Below, in pieces: positions 62,106 through 64,000 of a stretch of 64,000 nt of DNA; positions within the stretch are counted from its first letter, which is position 1, and every line of letters begins with the position of its first letter. Origin of the DNA: an uncultured delta proteobacterium (GTDB lineage Bacteria > Myxococcota > Myxococcia > Myxococcales > Myxococcaceae); NCBI GenBank assembly GCA_963796055.1, contig CAWCKH010000004.1, forward strand, positions 1,856,001 to 1,920,000, written 5' to 3'. A program made the translations under genes and the position numbers. The notes beneath the pieces were generated by a model, which worked only from the letters and a program-made list of their open reading frames with translations, did not search any database and had not been told where the DNA came from.

Positions 62106-62864
62106 GTGAACAGCCGGATCGTCCTCCTCGGGACCGCCCAGGACTTCTTCCTCCAGCTGCTGGAGATGCTGGTGCCGGGCGGTGCCCGGGACCACGCGCT
62201 CGAGGCGGAGGAGGTGGGCCAGCCCGCCCCGCCACCCGAGGCCGCCCCGTTCGAGGTCTGGTTCGCGTACCGCGGAACCGACGGGCTCGACGAGATCCGC
62301 CGCCTCCGTCGCATCGGGGCCTACCCGGCCGTGGTGCTGATCGACCTCGCGGAGGAGCCGGAGGACGCCCTGGACATTGCCGGCCGGCTGCTGGTGGACG
62401 ATCCCCGCCTTCAGTGCGTCCTGGTGGCCCCCAACGCCGACGAGGTCTGGGACCTCGCCGCGGATGCCCTCGGCCACCGGGACCAGGTGGTGGTGCTCAA
62501 GCGTCCCTTCGACGGCGTGGAGGTCCGCGAGCTGGCCCACGTGCTGGTCCAGCGCTGGACCGAGATGGACCGGGTGCTGTCGCGCGCGGCCCGTCTGGTC
62601 CCTGGCGAGACCGCCATCGTCAAGGCCGGCCCCACACCCACCCTGACCCCTTCCGCCGGGGTGGAGGTGCTCCGGGACGCGTTCCGGGCCATCCACGGCC
62701 TGGTGGCCGCGCTGAGCGCGCGCTGCGAGCTGCTCGAGCCGGAGGCCCGGGCCGAGGCGCTGCAGCGGGTCAGCGCGGTCTCGGAGGCGGTGGACCACCT
62801 CCGCCGCGTCGAGCACCTGGTGGAGCCGAAGCCGGCCCCGGCCAAGCCTGCCGACGACGTCTGA
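62106..62864 (+). CDS. Hypothetical protein with degenerate receiver-like domain
   Basis: AVVLIDL, DPRLQCVLV, VLKRPFDGVEVRELA resemble REC elements; start uncertain. Confidence 0.55.
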   Translation: MNSRIVLLGTAQDFFLQLLEMLVPGGARDHALEAEEVGQPAPPPEAAPFEVWFAYRGTDGLDEIRRLRRIGAYPAVVLIDLAEEPEDALDIAGRLLVDDPRLQCVLVAPNADEVWDLAADALGHRDQVVVLKRPFDGVEVRELAHVLVQRWTEMDRVLSRAARLVPGETAIVKAGPTPTLTPSAGVEVLRDAFRAIHGLVAALSARCELLEPEARAEALQRVSAVSEAVDHLRRVEHLVEPKPAPAKPADDV

Positions 62865-62873
62865 GGTGGCGGC

Positions 62874-63473
62874 TCACCACATGTAGCCGATGTACCCCTG
62901 CACGGTGATGCCGTTGAACTTGAAGTCCGTGATCGCCTGGTTCGGGTCCGTGGCGCTGGTCGCGGTGAAACCGGGGTTGAGCCAGAGATACTTCGCGTCG
63001 GCGCCGATCAGGAACTGGCCGAGGTAGAAGTCCACGCCGAACCCGCCCACGGCCTCGAAGGCCGCCTTGGTCTGATCTGCGCCCACGCCCTTGAGGGTGC
63101 TGATCGCCACGCCCGCTCCGCCCTCGAGGTAGGGGGCGACGAAGCCCAGCGGCAGCCGGAGCCGCCCGATGAGCAGGATCGGCCAGGCCTTGAAGTCGTA
63201 GTCGCTGGTGCCGGTGGTCAGGTACCCCACGTTGAGCTGCAGCCCGAAGATGCCCCAGTACCCGCCGAGCGCGCCGTCCACCTCGTACTTGGTCGGCCAC
63301 GTCTGCACCGACTCCCCGATCGCCGTGAACGGGTTGTTCGCGGTGGGGAAGTACGGCCCGAACTTCAGGGCAAAGTACGTGTTGTGTTCCTGGGCGGAGG
63401 CGACGGACGGCATGAGCGAGGCCGTGCTGACCCCCATCGTCACCAGGACCGCAAAGAGCGACTTCGAGTTCAT
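62874..63473 (-). CDS. Outer-membrane beta-barrel protein
   Basis: Signal peptide (ASA|Q), PYLEGGAG, GFGVDFY, C-terminal YIGYMW. Confidence 0.8.
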   Translation of the reverse strand: MNSKSLFAVLVTMGVSTASLMPSVASAQEHNTYFALKFGPYFPTANNPFTAIGESVQTWPTKYEVDGALGGYWGIFGLQLNVGYLTTGTSDYDFKAWPILLIGRLRLPLGFVAPYLEGGAGVAISTLKGVGADQTKAAFEAVGGFGVDFYLGQFLIGADAKYLWLNPGFTATSATDPNQAITDFKFNGITVQGYIGYMW

Positions 63474-63652
63474 CGATGACCCCTTCGGATGGTTCCGGCC
63501 GGGGCTCGCTTTCGCGCAGGGCCCCCCGGCTCGCAAGGAAAACCATCGTTGGTGGTCACGGCAACCGGTGGGCTGGCCGGAGCCACGGCGGCAGCGCGCT
63601 CACCGTGCAGGAATGCGCGAGGATTTGCGTGGGGTTAATTCCCGGACTCTCC

Positions 63653-64000
63653 ATGGCCGACCCGCTTGCCCATTTCCAGCCTGCGGTCCGTGACTGGTTC
63701 CGGGCCTCGTTCGCCGGGCCGACGCCGCCCCAGGCGCTCGGCTGGCCGGCCATCGCCCGCGGCGAGTCGGCCCTGCTGCTGGCGCCGACCGGCAGCGGCA
63801 AGACGCTGGCCGCGTTCCTGGCCTGCATCGACCGGCTGATGTTCGCCCCGCCTCCCCCGCGCGAGCGCCGCTGCCGGGTGGTCTACGTGTCGCCCTTGAA
63901 GGCGCTGGCCGTGGACGTGGAGCGCAATCTGCGCGCCCCGATCATCGGGGTGGCCAACGTGGCGGCCGGACGGGGCGATGCGCACATCTTGCCGACAGTC
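63653..64000 (+). CDS. lhr: Lhr-family DEAD/DEAH helicase (5' part, runs off window)
   Basis: WFRASFAGPTPPQALGWP, APTGSGKTLAAF, YVSPLKALAVDVERNL. Confidence 0.9.
   Translation, partial: MADPLAHFQPAVRDWFRASFAGPTPPQALGWPAIARGESALLLAPTGSGKTLAAFLACIDRLMFAPPPPRERRCRVVYVSPLKALAVDVERNLRAPIIGVANVAAGRGDAHILPTV

Overview
Very GC-rich chromosomal window, most consistent with a myxobacterium (Myxococcota). This is an inference from the eukaryote-like Ser/Thr kinases, Cys-rich lipoproteins, PEGA protein and bkd/esg-type E1 genes. Most of it is housekeeping and metabolism: zwf, purSQL, kbl-tdh-prs, terC-ftsH with an NhaR-like regulator, moaA, a kynurenine/3-hydroxyanthranilate catabolic operon, apt, 2-oxoacid dehydrogenase E1, a MATE transporter and a partial lhr. 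Less ordinary elements: (i) a 1294-bp IS4-family, IS10-like element inserted at the centre of a 17-bp palindrome (GAGGTGTC-A-GACACCTC) that recurs, empty, at other convergent gene junctions; (ii) a 7.6-kb cluster of uncharacterised envelope proteins with sigma54-like motifs; (iii) an intergenic structured-RNA/small-ORF candidate at 58.8-59.0 kb whose ribosome-binding site is sequestered in a hairpin; (iv) an HTH plus multi-zinc-ribbon orphan protein. Several genes carry single-base frameshifts and 18.35-19.45 kb is heavily garbled, which suggests sequencing error rather than true pseudogenes. No rRNA, tRNA or CRISPR array was recognised. All calls come from reading the sequence; no database searches were run.
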